Source: an uncultured Fibrobacterota bacterium
GTDB lineage: Bacteria; Fibrobacterota; Chitinivibrionia; Chitinivibrionales; FEN-1185
NCBI GenBank assembly: GCA_963753345.1
Contig: CAVWBU010000026.1
Location: 64,001 to 128,000, forward strand
DNA: 64,000 bases
Direction: 5' to 3'
The translations under genes were made by a program, and so were the position numbers. Below are positions 43,639-52,657 of this stretch, piece by piece. The notes below the pieces were generated by a model. That model was not told where the DNA came from. It worked only from the letters and a program-made list of their open reading frames with translations, and did no database searches. Positions within the stretch are counted from its first letter, which is position 1, and each line of letters starts with the position of its first letter.

Positions 43639-45405
43639 CTAGTCCTCCTGCCGGGTAAACGACAGATGAAAATTGACAAATACGCTTCCGTCGAATCCGC
43701 CGAAGCTGCACGAAAGGGGCGGCGCCGCCGGCGTTGCCGGCAGGGGCAGCGATCCGGAATAGCCGTTGTCGAACTGGACGGGACGGTACTGCCAGCGATA
43801 CCGTATTTTTGCCCCGATGTCAAGGAACCTGAATACCGGCCAGGTGTAGCCGAGCGCCGCGTAGGGGACCGCCGCCGTCGCGGAGCGGGTCTCGGCGCCC
43901 GAGGTTTCCGCGTTGTACAGTGAATCGTAGAACACCGATGAAACATTGAGCTCCGGTTCGTATACGGCGACGCCGATGTGGACGGATGAGTTTCTCATGA
44001 ACCTGTTCTGAAACCGGTAGCCTGCTCCCAGGTCGATGATCTTCACGGTGAGCGTCTGTTGCACATGCAACCTGCAGCCGTAGGTTGCATTGTCCGGCTG
44101 GTTGAACCGTGTGCCGTCGTAATCGGCGGCGGAGGCCTGCGTGAATCCGCCGAACCCGAGGTGCGCTTCAAACCGCTGCCGCACGATCACCTCGCCCGAG
44201 ATTAGAGGCATCGCCTGGTACTTTTTGTACGAAAAGGTCGGGCTCATGGAATACGCGGTGAATCCCGCGAACCGCTGGGACAAACCGGAAGACAGGCCCG
44301 AAAGATCGTACACGCCCCATCCGCCCGAAATGCTTATGCCGGCCTGCGCGCTCCGCGCGCCGCGGCGGGGCTGTTCTCCCTTGGCAATCGACGGCGAAGA
44401 CTTGACGGCGTGAAAATCGTTCCGGTGCAGGGTGACCACGGATTTTTCCGCAACCGTGGCCTGGGCCTGAAAGCGCAGGCCGCCCTGCGCGCTGATCACA
44501 TTGTACGTTCCCTGTCCGAGCGCTATCATGACCGCGGCGGAGGGCTTTTTTGTCAAGTCGGCGACCACCGCGCCCTTGTCGCTGAGAATGGTGATGTCCC
44601 CCTCGACGTCGCCCGCAAGCATGATGCCCCGGGTGCGGATATTGAGGTCCGCGAGCACGATGTCGCCCTCGCCCTGGATGCGGAACTGGTACGAGGGATG
44701 CTGGACGCCGCCCGCGCTTCCCGCCGTGCTCGAAATGGTGCGGTTGTACGCGTACTGGTACGCTTCGCTCAGGGTGATGCGGCCGTCGCCGGCCATGTCG
44801 GCGCTGCCGCGCAGCGCGTTAACAAAGTGGAACGTGAACACCGAATTGCCCAAAAGGTCCGATTCCTGCGCGTTTTCGTTGATGGAGCTCGAGCACAAGA
44901 TCACCTGGCCCTTGGTCTTGCCGTCGTCGCGGAACAAAAAAGGCTCGTCGAGCGTGCCGCCTTTGATGCGCGTGAAGCTGCCGCTCTGGCACGCGTCAAA
45001 CACCCCGATGCGGACGTCCGCGGGAAACGACGTGAGCATTTCCTTAAGCTTTGCAAGCGGGAAATCGCCGGCGCCCATCTTGAGCGATGACGCGTCGGCA
45101 TGGCCCGAGTAATAGAACAGGAACAGGTTGTTCCCCGACCCCGAAAGGCCGCCCCCCAGATCGGCCAGGGCCTTTTCCAGGTCGGCAGGCGACTGGTCGT
45201 ACAGCACCGCAACGTGCTGCGGCGAAAAGCCGCAGAAATCGGTGAGGATGTTCTGCAGGGCGCTGCAGTCGTTCCGGACATATTTGAGCGCGGCGTATGA
45301 GGGACCCGCAGCAGTACTGTTGCCTACGAGCAGGGCGTACCGCTCCGCGACCACGCCGTGAACCGCGGCCAGAAGAACAAGGAGTATAAGCAGCCGTTTC
45401 GGCAT
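43639..45405 (-). CDS. Exported caspase-family (peptidase C14) protein with C-terminal outer-membrane barrel-like domain
   Basis: Signal peptide; RYALLVGN, FYYSGHA (His) and FDACQSG (Cys) dyad; ADMAGDGRITLSEAY; C-terminal amphipathic strands. Confidence 0.88.
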   Translation of the reverse strand: MPKRLLILLVLLAAVHGVVAERYALLVGNSTAAGPSYAALKYVRNDCSALQNILTDFCGFSPQHVAVLYDQSPADLEKALADLGGGLSGSGNNLFLFYYSGHADASSLKMGAGDFPLAKLKEMLTSFPADVRIGVFDACQSGSFTRIKGGTLDEPFLFRDDGKTKGQVILCSSSINENAQESDLLGNSVFTFHFVNALRGSADMAGDGRITLSEAYQYAYNRTISSTAGSAGGVQHPSYQFRIQGEGDIVLADLNIRTRGIMLAGDVEGDITILSDKGAVVADLTKKPSAAVMIALGQGTYNVISAQGGLRFQAQATVAEKSVVTLHRNDFHAVKSSPSIAKGEQPRRGARSAQAGISISGGWGVYDLSGLSSGLSQRFAGFTAYSMSPTFSYKKYQAMPLISGEVIVRQRFEAHLGFGGFTQASAADYDGTRFNQPDNATYGCRLHVQQTLTVKIIDLGAGYRFQNRFMRNSSVHIGVAVYEPELNVSSVFYDSLYNAETSGAETRSATAAVPYAALGYTWPVFRFLDIGAKIRYRWQYRPVQFDNGYSGSLPLPATPAAPPLSCSFGGFDGSVFVNFHLSFTRQED

Positions 45406-46157
45406 CAGGGGGTTCCTTGCTTTATGGTAAGCAGGTGCGGCACAGTCACGAATCCGCCCCCGAGGCGCAGCGTGTCGGGCAGGCTGCTCTTGTCAAGGGA
45501 CGAGCCGATGCGCCGCCGCACGTCGGAAAGCGAAAACCGCCGGTCCGAGAACACGCCCGCGAACAGCTCGGGCCCGGTGTAGTTGTCAAGCGCGATTGAA
45601 TTCGGAAGCGGGATGTCGCGGCCCTTGTCCAGTACCATTGAGGAATCGCCGGACGGCGGGAAATAGGTGGTGACGCCGCCGGCAGTGTCGATGCCCACGA
45701 GCGCGAAATGGTTGTCCGCGCCGCAGGAATAGACAAACTGGATCTTCTCTCCGGTAAAGTATTCCCGTCCGGCGCGTTTTTCGATGTCGCCGTGCCGGTC
45801 TTTGACAAGAATCGTGAGTGAGGTGTCGCCCTTGATGCGGGTCCCGGGTTCCTCCCTTGTGGCCAGGTAGAGAGAGCCCGCGCCCACGAGCAGGACGAGC
45901 GACGCAGCGAGCGCGCACACGGAACGTCGTTGGAAAAACAGGATGCGCTGCGCCGGTTTCCGGTCGTGCAGGGACGCGGCTGCTTCGAACGGGTGCGTGG
46001 CGAGAAAAGCCGCCTTTTCCGCTTCGATCGAGGCAAGATACGACCGGCACTTCCCGCATGACCCGATATGGCGCGTGATCGCCCTTTTCTTTGCGTCGCC
46101 TGTGTCCCCCGTGAAATACGAGAGAAGGTCTATTTTGTTAAACTGATGCTTTTCCAT
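45405..46157 (-). CDS. Zinc-binding anti-sigma factor (zf-HC2) with TM helix and DUF4384-like extracytoplasmic domain
   Basis: HIGSCGKC (HxxxCxxC), TM segment VCALAASLVLLVGAG, RIKG, GEKIQFVY, SIALDNYTGPE. Confidence 0.8.
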   Translation of the reverse strand: MEKHQFNKIDLLSYFTGDTGDAKKRAITRHIGSCGKCRSYLASIEAEKAAFLATHPFEAAASLHDRKPAQRILFFQRRSVCALAASLVLLVGAGSLYLATREEPGTRIKGDTSLTILVKDRHGDIEKRAGREYFTGEKIQFVYSCGADNHFALVGIDTAGGVTTYFPPSGDSSMVLDKGRDIPLPNSIALDNYTGPELFAGVFSDRRFSLSDVRRRIGSSLDKSSLPDTLRLGGGFVTVPHLLTIKQGTP

Positions 46158-46158
46158 G

Positions 46159-46656
46159 CTAAATGCCAAGCCTCTTTTTGACGGCCGGGAGGCCGTCCCT
46201 GAATCTCTTGAGGTTTCTGCGGATGGTCGCGGGCGACTGACCCGTTATCTTCCGGATCTCCTCCTGGCCGAATTCCTCGACATACGTGTAGTACACCGCA
46301 TCTCTCACCCTCTCGTTCTGGTCCGCGAAAATCAGCCGGATCAGGTCCTTTTCGTCAAGCCGTTTGCCCTCGTCAAGCCGCGCCGCCGTCTCGTCCGGAT
46401 CGATCCCGTCTGCAAACTTCCTGCTGTCCCTGAGCAAGTTGAAACAGTGCCGTTTCGCGGCGATAAAAATCCACGGGACGGTCCGTTCCTTGTTGCGGAT
46501 GGAGCCGTAGCACTCCAGCAGTTTCAGAAACACGGCCTGCAGGGCGTCCTTGGCGTCGTCATCGGAGCCCAGGATGCGACGGCAGGTGCGATAGATCAGA
46601 AACCCGTATTTTTCGTACAATTCCTTTGCCGCAACCGGGCCTTGGTCCAGAGCCAT
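46159..46656 (-). CDS. ECF RNA polymerase sigma factor
   Basis: LYEKYGFLIYRTCRRILGSDDDAKDALQAVFLK, WIFIAAKRHCFN, region-4 HTH. Confidence 0.9.
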   Translation of the reverse strand: MALDQGPVAAKELYEKYGFLIYRTCRRILGSDDDAKDALQAVFLKLLECYGSIRNKERTVPWIFIAAKRHCFNLLRDSRKFADGIDPDETAARLDEGKRLDEKDLIRLIFADQNERVRDAVYYTYVEEFGQEEIRKITGQSPATIRRNLKRFRDGLPAVKKRLGI

Positions 46657-46789
46657 ACGTTTACGCCATCCACGTTGATAAGACACGCCAGGAAGGATCA
46701 ATCGCTCACGCGATGTGCCGACAGAACCGGCACCAACAAAACGGGCGGGTGAATACCCGCCCGTGCAACAGACGACTGCAAGGGGAGTG

Positions 46790-47671
46790 TTACTTCTTTT
46801 TGAAGCTTCCCTTGAGAAAATCAAACGTGATGTACCTGTCTTTTTTGCCGCTTGTTATCGTCGAATCGTACGGGTGCTTCTCGGTTTTCACCCATTCCTT
46901 CTTCTTCCCGCTTTCCTTGAGGTTCATGTAGATCTGCTTGTCGCATTTTTCCCGCTTTACAAATATCAAAATGGTGTCGCCCACAAGGTCGTAGGTTCCC
47001 CACGACTCGAATTTCCAGTCTTCCTTGAGGCTCGGGTTGGTAAGGCCGGTCCGCTCCTCGACAATGTTCACCTTGCCATCCGTGCCGAAGGAAAAAGACT
47101 TCTTCTCCACCGCATTGGCGCCGTCCTGTTTGATGGCCTGCGACCCCGACCACGTTCCGACAAGCTTGGGGCGCAGTTCCTTGGCGAGCTGATTGCTCTT
47201 TTCGAGGCTCATGAAAATGGTGTCGGCCTCCATGGCCTTGGCCTTTGCCTCGGGCCACTTGTTCATCTTGATAAATGAGTCAACCACGGAAAGCAGGCTG
47301 TCGGCTTCCCTGAGGATCGTGCCGGAGAAATTGAGCTTTTTGTCCCCCAGGGACTTCCGCAGCGACTCCACGGCCGGTTTGACCTGCGCGGTCGTGGCAC
47401 CGTAGCCCGCTTCGGCCTTGGCGAGGATGGCCATGGCCGAGTCGTAACTTGCTTTTGCGCCGATGCCGTTGCCGAGTTTTTTATCAGTGCGGGCCTGGAC
47501 AACAAGCACCTGCGCCTCGGAGAGAAGCGAGTCCGGGACCCCGCCCTGACGCAGCGTTTCCATGCGCTGTTCGGCGTCTTTCAGTTTCTTCTCGCTCACG
47601 CAGCCGGCGACCATGAACAGCGCGACGCCGCCGACCAGTGCAACAGAAAGGGTCTTGCCCAAGATTTTCAT
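46790..47671 (-). CDS. Hypothetical lipoprotein (helical N-terminus, lipocalin-like C-terminus)
   Basis: Lipobox VAGC; LVGTWSG...GTYDLVGDTI. Confidence 0.65.
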   Translation of the reverse strand: MKILGKTLSVALVGGVALFMVAGCVSEKKLKDAEQRMETLRQGGVPDSLLSEAQVLVVQARTDKKLGNGIGAKASYDSAMAILAKAEAGYGATTAQVKPAVESLRKSLGDKKLNFSGTILREADSLLSVVDSFIKMNKWPEAKAKAMEADTIFMSLEKSNQLAKELRPKLVGTWSGSQAIKQDGANAVEKKSFSFGTDGKVNIVEERTGLTNPSLKEDWKFESWGTYDLVGDTILIFVKREKCDKQIYMNLKESGKKKEWVKTEKHPYDSTITSGKKDRYITFDFLKGSFKKK

Positions 47672-48016
47672 ACGGAGCCCTCCGGTAAAGGTTTTTCCTT
47701 TGTGATGCATACCATAGGTAAACTAATGCTCTTCTTGCGGGGATGTCAAGGGAATAGAAGCGGGGGGTGATTGGAGGAGTTATATTTCGACCAACGAATG
47801 CGCTTGAGCGGGCCTTGCGGCATGGAACCGAGGACAATGCGCCTGGAAGAGGACGGACAGATTTCGCCGGTTACCGGCGCGCACTGCTCGGTTTTCACCC
47901 AGAAAACACTTTGTTCACAAACACATTGAAAAATGGAAATTTCCATATATATTATCCTTATATACGCCGCGTGTATCAGCCAAAAGGCTTAGGCGTGTCG
48001 CCGAAATGGGGGATTT

Positions 48017-49231
48017 ATGCATAAATTGTTGCTGATTCTCATTGCTTCGATGGCGGTGTCATCTCAGGCTGCGAATCCGTACTTTATAAGTGATAGCGGT
48101 ATTTGTGCTGGAGCGTTGACCGCTAAGACATACAATGAGAAGATATCTCTTAGATATGACACTGTTTCAAGAGAAAGCACAATGGTGTGCAGTAATGTTT
48201 GCAAATGGCAGTATGTTTATAAAATAGATTCAATCTACAGTATATCTTACTTGACCGAGTACACCGCAGTTGAAAAAGTGTACTTTTCATTCTTTGACTC
48301 ACTCAACAGAGAATTCAAATTTACCATAAATGTTCCGCAAGCTACGGTTGATAGTATCTGGGGTGATACAATGTCCCTGCCCGGCTACAACAAGGTATTG
48401 TATGCGAAGATAGATGTTCCATCCGGCAACGCTGACGGGTTGTACGTAAGTTCTTATACTTTAATCGGGACCTTGAAGCAGAATTCGAATGTCAGCTTTT
48501 CTGCTGAAATCAGACCATGGACGTCAAATTGCGATTGTCCTCAACCTTGTGGTTGCAGAGATAGTACTTTGCCTCCGCAAGGCGAATGGCACTGGCTTTA
48601 CACTACCTGGACCGAAATTCAAAGTGGCGGCCATTCTTACTCCTCTGGATATTTAGATCCATCTTCTGTCGGACATAATTATTACTATGTGCTTAAAAAA
48701 GATTCGGTATATGGTTATCAGGATGCCGTTGAGCAGTTTGCTGACACTATCGGCAATGTGAACTTGTGCTACGAGTCTTTTTCTACACCCCACGCATTCT
48801 GTTCTTCGGATACAAGTGCGAAAGGCGGTTATTACTATTCTTTCATTGGTGATAAAATATTGTGCTTAGAGTATTCGGTCTGCGGCCAAGAATGCATGAG
48901 CATGACTAACTACGCATCTTATTTTCTGGCCAATAGTGCTTCTGTCGATCCCAAGGATACGCCACTGCCCAGTATGTTTAGCAAGTTTAGTGTCAAACAG
49001 TTGTCGAACAGGAATGTCCAGGTGGTATTAAACCTTTCAAAAGCTTCGGTTGTAAGCCTGATGCTATATTCCGTCTCCGGAAAACTCGTTTCAAATCTCT
49101 TCAAGCAACATCAATCGTCAGGGAACTATACGTATGTTCTCAAAATGCCGGTACTGCATGCAGGTTGCTACTTGCTTGTCCTGAAGAAGGGCGATCAAGT
49201 TGAAAGTGCTAAATTCAATTATATTCGCTAA
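48017..49231 (+). CDS. Cys-rich secreted protein with T9SS-type CTD
   Basis: Signal peptide; CDCPQPCGC; tail LYSVSGKLVS...AGCYLLVL; AT-rich. Confidence 0.7.
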   Translation: MHKLLLILIASMAVSSQAANPYFISDSGICAGALTAKTYNEKISLRYDTVSRESTMVCSNVCKWQYVYKIDSIYSISYLTEYTAVEKVYFSFFDSLNREFKFTINVPQATVDSIWGDTMSLPGYNKVLYAKIDVPSGNADGLYVSSYTLIGTLKQNSNVSFSAEIRPWTSNCDCPQPCGCRDSTLPPQGEWHWLYTTWTEIQSGGHSYSSGYLDPSSVGHNYYYVLKKDSVYGYQDAVEQFADTIGNVNLCYESFSTPHAFCSSDTSAKGGYYYSFIGDKILCLEYSVCGQECMSMTNYASYFLANSASVDPKDTPLPSMFSKFSVKQLSNRNVQVVLNLSKASVVSLMLYSVSGKLVSNLFKQHQSSGNYTYVLKMPVLHAGCYLLVLKKGDQVESAKFNYIR

Positions 49232-49282
49232 AACCCGAATTTGGAATTCTTACCTTTGGACAAGGACTTGTAAATACCTCTC

Positions 49283-50182
49283 ATGTCAATACCACACAAG
49301 TCTCTCGAATGTGACCAAACATTCACGTCCAGAATCGTTTTCATATTCACCTGCGTAAGCCTTTTATTGCTTTTTTCAACTTGCTCCCCCAAAATTCCGC
49401 CCTATCCCTATCATCTTGTCAACCATTCCTGGGTATACTGCATAAAGCAGCACAACGATTCCCTCTATTTCTCCACCTCGGAGGAAGGCATTTTCCGTTT
49501 TCACCCTGACAATCCAAACGCAATCACCAGGGTGGGCAGATGCAGGACCTTGCCGTTCCGCTCAATCGTCTTCCCGCCCGACGGCAGGCTCCTCGCGTCG
49601 TCGTATTACAGCGGCGTGTTTGCGGCGGGCAGGGACACGCTGTTTCCCGTAAAGAACGCTTCGTACCCGGCTTGGTCCATGAAGCTTGACAAACGCGGCG
49701 CATTCTGGCTCGCCGGGACGCGCGGCGTGATGCGGCAGGCGGGCGACACCGTCGTCATGTTCAAGGACGTGACCGACGCGCACGACGTGGCGTTGTTCGG
49801 CAACGCGGTGGCGGTGGCGCACCGGCGCGGCATCACGCTGTACGACAGGGAAAGCGGCGCGCTTTCGGCGGAGTACTGCAAGGGGACGATATGCTGGACG
49901 CTTGCGGTGTTCGATTCGGTGCTGGTGGCCGGAGGGAGCAATGTCTGCGCCGTCATCGGCGCGGGCAAATGCCGCCTCATCCGCGTGCCGCCGCAGGGCA
50001 ACATGCCCTGGTCAATCGAGAAGGATTCCCTGGGCGCGATCTTCATGGGCACGCAGAAGGGGCTCTTTCGCGCGGGGCCGAACGACAGCGTGGCGCGCTG
50101 CGTGGGCCTGGAAGGCAGGTGCGTCAAGTCGGTGCTGTTCGACAGGGCGGGAAGGTTGTGGGTAGGAACGTTTTATCGTTGA
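49283..50182 (+). CDS. Beta-propeller (two-component-regulator-propeller-like) putative lipoprotein
   Basis: Repeats such as DKRGAFWLAG, DSLGAIFMGT and DRAGRLWVGT. Confidence 0.65.
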   Translation: MSIPHKSLECDQTFTSRIVFIFTCVSLLLLFSTCSPKIPPYPYHLVNHSWVYCIKQHNDSLYFSTSEEGIFRFHPDNPNAITRVGRCRTLPFRSIVFPPDGRLLASSYYSGVFAAGRDTLFPVKNASYPAWSMKLDKRGAFWLAGTRGVMRQAGDTVVMFKDVTDAHDVALFGNAVAVAHRRGITLYDRESGALSAEYCKGTICWTLAVFDSVLVAGGSNVCAVIGAGKCRLIRVPPQGNMPWSIEKDSLGAIFMGTQKGLFRAGPNDSVARCVGLEGRCVKSVLFDRAGRLWVGTFYR

Positions 50183-50709
50183 CGGGCGCGACGGCCGCGA
50201 AACGACCGGTACCGCGAAAGCGCGGCGCGCGTCGACAAGAAACCGACGGCCGCCAGGTCGATAGCGCCGGGCTTCACAACCCGGATACCGGCGATTTCGT
50301 CGTTTGACGCAGCGGCAGAGAAGTCGGGCGTGGTGCAGGTGAAGACCGTGTCGGTGGTGAAGTAGGTGACGCCCCGATAGCGGTAGGTGTTCGGAAACGA
50401 GCCGAAATAGGCGATGTCTGCTATGTCAAGATTGATCTCTTCCTTCACCTCGCGCGCGAGCGCGTCTTCGAGCGATTCCCCGTAATTGCAGAACCCGCCG
50501 GGAAGATCGAGCATCCCCTTCTTGGGCGCGTTCTTTCGCACGGTGAGCACGATGCCCTTGTTCACGGCGATAATGGCCGCCGTGCACGACGCGCAGTTGT
50601 GGAAATACACGTACCCGCAGCGTGCGCACCGCATGGCGTTTTCATCAAACGCCTCAACGGATTGTTTCCCGCAGCGCGGGCAATAGGAAAAGCCGGTATG
50701 GGAAAGCAT
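50173..50709 (-). CDS. NUDIX hydrolase with Zn ribbon
   Basis: CPRCG...CARCG; LPGGFCNYGESLEDALAREVKEE Nudix box. Confidence 0.9.
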   Translation of the reverse strand: MLSHTGFSYCPRCGKQSVEAFDENAMRCARCGYVYFHNCASCTAAIIAVNKGIVLTVRKNAPKKGMLDLPGGFCNYGESLEDALAREVKEEINLDIADIAYFGSFPNTYRYRGVTYFTTDTVFTCTTPDFSAAASNDEIAGIRVVKPGAIDLAAVGFLSTRAALSRYRSFRGRRARQR

Positions 50710-50716
50710 GGAGGGA

Positions 50717-51313
50717 CTACCTGAGCGGGATGCGGGCGCCACGGGTGTCGAAGAACTCCGTCATCCTGCCCGATGGGTTGCTTTTTGTAAAGACGATCCC
50801 GTTTTTCGAAAGGTTGCGCGTCACAAGGGAGGAGGCGCAGACCTGGGGTCGGCTGCCCGGTAAAGGCGATGCCACGCCTGATCCCGCGATCATGGAATAT
50901 GCGGGCAGATCAGAAAGCGGCCTGAGATTTGAACTCGGTTGGGTGGGGCCGGTCCATCCGCCGAACCCGTTGACAAGCGAGTACACGACAGGATACCCGA
51001 GGCTGTCGAGAAACGAAGCGGCGGCCGGGCTTCTGTGGCCGCTGGCGCAATACAGCACCACCGCAGCCGTCTTCGGCAGGAGTGCATACTGGGCGCGCAG
51101 CACGCCGCTGTTCCAGGGCATGTTGTAGGGCCGGCATGCCGCGGTCCCGATAACGGCGGCCAGTTCCGATGTTTCTCGTACGTCAACAAGGATGAAGCTG
51201 CGGGGAGGTCCGCCGGCGATCCATGCGGCAAGCGTGTCCGCATTGAGGGAATCCACGGATGCGCTTGACGAGACGCACAGACCGGCGACAAACAGAAATA
51301 AGAGCCGATGCAT
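50717..51313 (-). CDS. Secreted rhodanese-like protein with short C-terminal sorting-like tail
   Basis: Signal peptide; LVDVRE, LYCASGHRS, NGFGGW; ends in FFDTRGARI. Confidence 0.8.
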   Translation of the reverse strand: MHRLLFLFVAGLCVSSSASVDSLNADTLAAWIAGGPPRSFILVDVRETSELAAVIGTAACRPYNMPWNSGVLRAQYALLPKTAAVVLYCASGHRSPAAASFLDSLGYPVVYSLVNGFGGWTGPTQPSSNLRPLSDLPAYSMIAGSGVASPLPGSRPQVCASSLVTRNLSKNGIVFTKSNPSGRMTEFFDTRGARIPLR

Positions 51314-51416
51314 GTTTGTCTCCCGGTATTCGCACAGGGACGGTTTCCTGCGGGTTCCGTCACATAATATATTTGGATGTGCCAAAATACATCAGAGCCC
51401 CCGGAGCAGATAAAGA

Positions 51417-52265
51417 ATGTCCACGTTGACGTGTGAAATAGTGATTCCCAGTTACAATCGCGGAGCCACGCTAGTCGCCACGGTTGCCAGGATCCGGCAG
51501 TTGTATCCCGTGGCCGATATCTGTCTCGGACTTCAGGGCGAATCGGCCGAGCAGGAGCTGCCGTCTCAGATTGCGTCCGACCCGCACCTGCGCGTCGAGA
51601 GAATGGCCAGTCCGAGTTCAACCGTCACCATGACGACGTGCATCCGGAGGTCGAAGGCGGACATCATTCTCATTCTCGACGACGACGCAACCCCCTGTCA
51701 CGGGTGGCTCGAGGCGCACCTGGCCGCGTTCGAAAGCGACGCCGGCCTTGCCTACACCGGCGGCAGGGAAGTCCGATTGTCAAAAGGGATACCGGCGTTT
51801 TCCGTCGGGGTGAGGATCATCGTGGAAGCGGTGTTCGGACTGTTTATGCCGGCGAACAGGAAGATCAACGGCCGCATCGTCGGATGGTTCAACTGGCTCG
51901 GCCTGTTTTTCGGGAATTTCGACCAGCCGGGCGTTGCGGTCGTCAACAATCCGCGCGGTTGCAACATGGCGGTCCGCAAAGGGTCGTTTCTCGCGGCGGG
52001 CGGATTCTGTCCCGACATCATCGGCAACGGCTATCTGTTCGAAGTGGAATTCGGGCTCAGGCTTGCGCGGCAGGGGAAGCTCGGCAGATATCTGGGCAAC
52101 GCCATCGTGATCCACCAGGAATCACCCACGGGCGGCAGCCGGGCAGCAACCCGCATGAAATGGTTCTGCGCCTTTGTGCACAACCACAAGCAGGTGATGA
52201 AGATCGTCGGCCCGCAGGGATGGATCGGATCGCTGCCGAGGCTTGTCAAGCGGCTTCTGTTCTGA
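51417..52265 (+). CDS. GT2 glycosyltransferase
   Basis: IVIPSYNR, ILDDD, GCNMAVRK. Confidence 0.88.
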   Translation: MSTLTCEIVIPSYNRGATLVATVARIRQLYPVADICLGLQGESAEQELPSQIASDPHLRVERMASPSSTVTMTTCIRRSKADIILILDDDATPCHGWLEAHLAAFESDAGLAYTGGREVRLSKGIPAFSVGVRIIVEAVFGLFMPANRKINGRIVGWFNWLGLFFGNFDQPGVAVVNNPRGCNMAVRKGSFLAAGGFCPDIIGNGYLFEVEFGLRLARQGKLGRYLGNAIVIHQESPTGGSRAATRMKWFCAFVHNHKQVMKIVGPQGWIGSLPRLVKRLLF

Positions 52266-52286
52266 CAAGGGGCGGCCGCGCATCGG

Positions 52287-52601
52287 TCAGGCGCCTGCGG
52301 AGTCCTTTTCGTCGAGCGTGTCAACAACCGAGAAGAATTGCGTCAGCTTGGTGCTCCTCAGCATTTCCCTCAGAAAAGCGTCCGGGCGGTAGAGAAGGAG
52401 GGTCTTTCCCGTTGTGTTGGCCTTGCGTTGATAGTTGATAAGGAACTTAAGGCCGTAGGAATCGCAGAGCTTGACATTTTCAAGATCGAACACGATGGCC
52501 TGCGCGTCGGGGTTCTCAAACAGCTTGTCGACGATGACGCCGAGGGCGTCGGCATTGCCCAGGAATATCTTCTCGCCGAACCTGTAGACAAGCCTTGCCA
52601 T
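52287..52601 (-). CDS. STAS-domain (anti-anti-sigma-like) protein
   Basis: IVFDLENVKLCDSYGL with the conserved phosphorylatable Ser. Confidence 0.85.
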   Translation of the reverse strand: MARLVYRFGEKIFLGNADALGVIVDKLFENPDAQAIVFDLENVKLCDSYGLKFLINYQRKANTTGKTLLLYRPDAFLREMLRSTKLTQFFSVVDTLDEKDSAGA

Positions 52602-52657
52602 ACTCTTCTCCGGAGCGCGTCACCCGGCTGGCGTTCGCCGTCCGGGGTGCACGAGCG

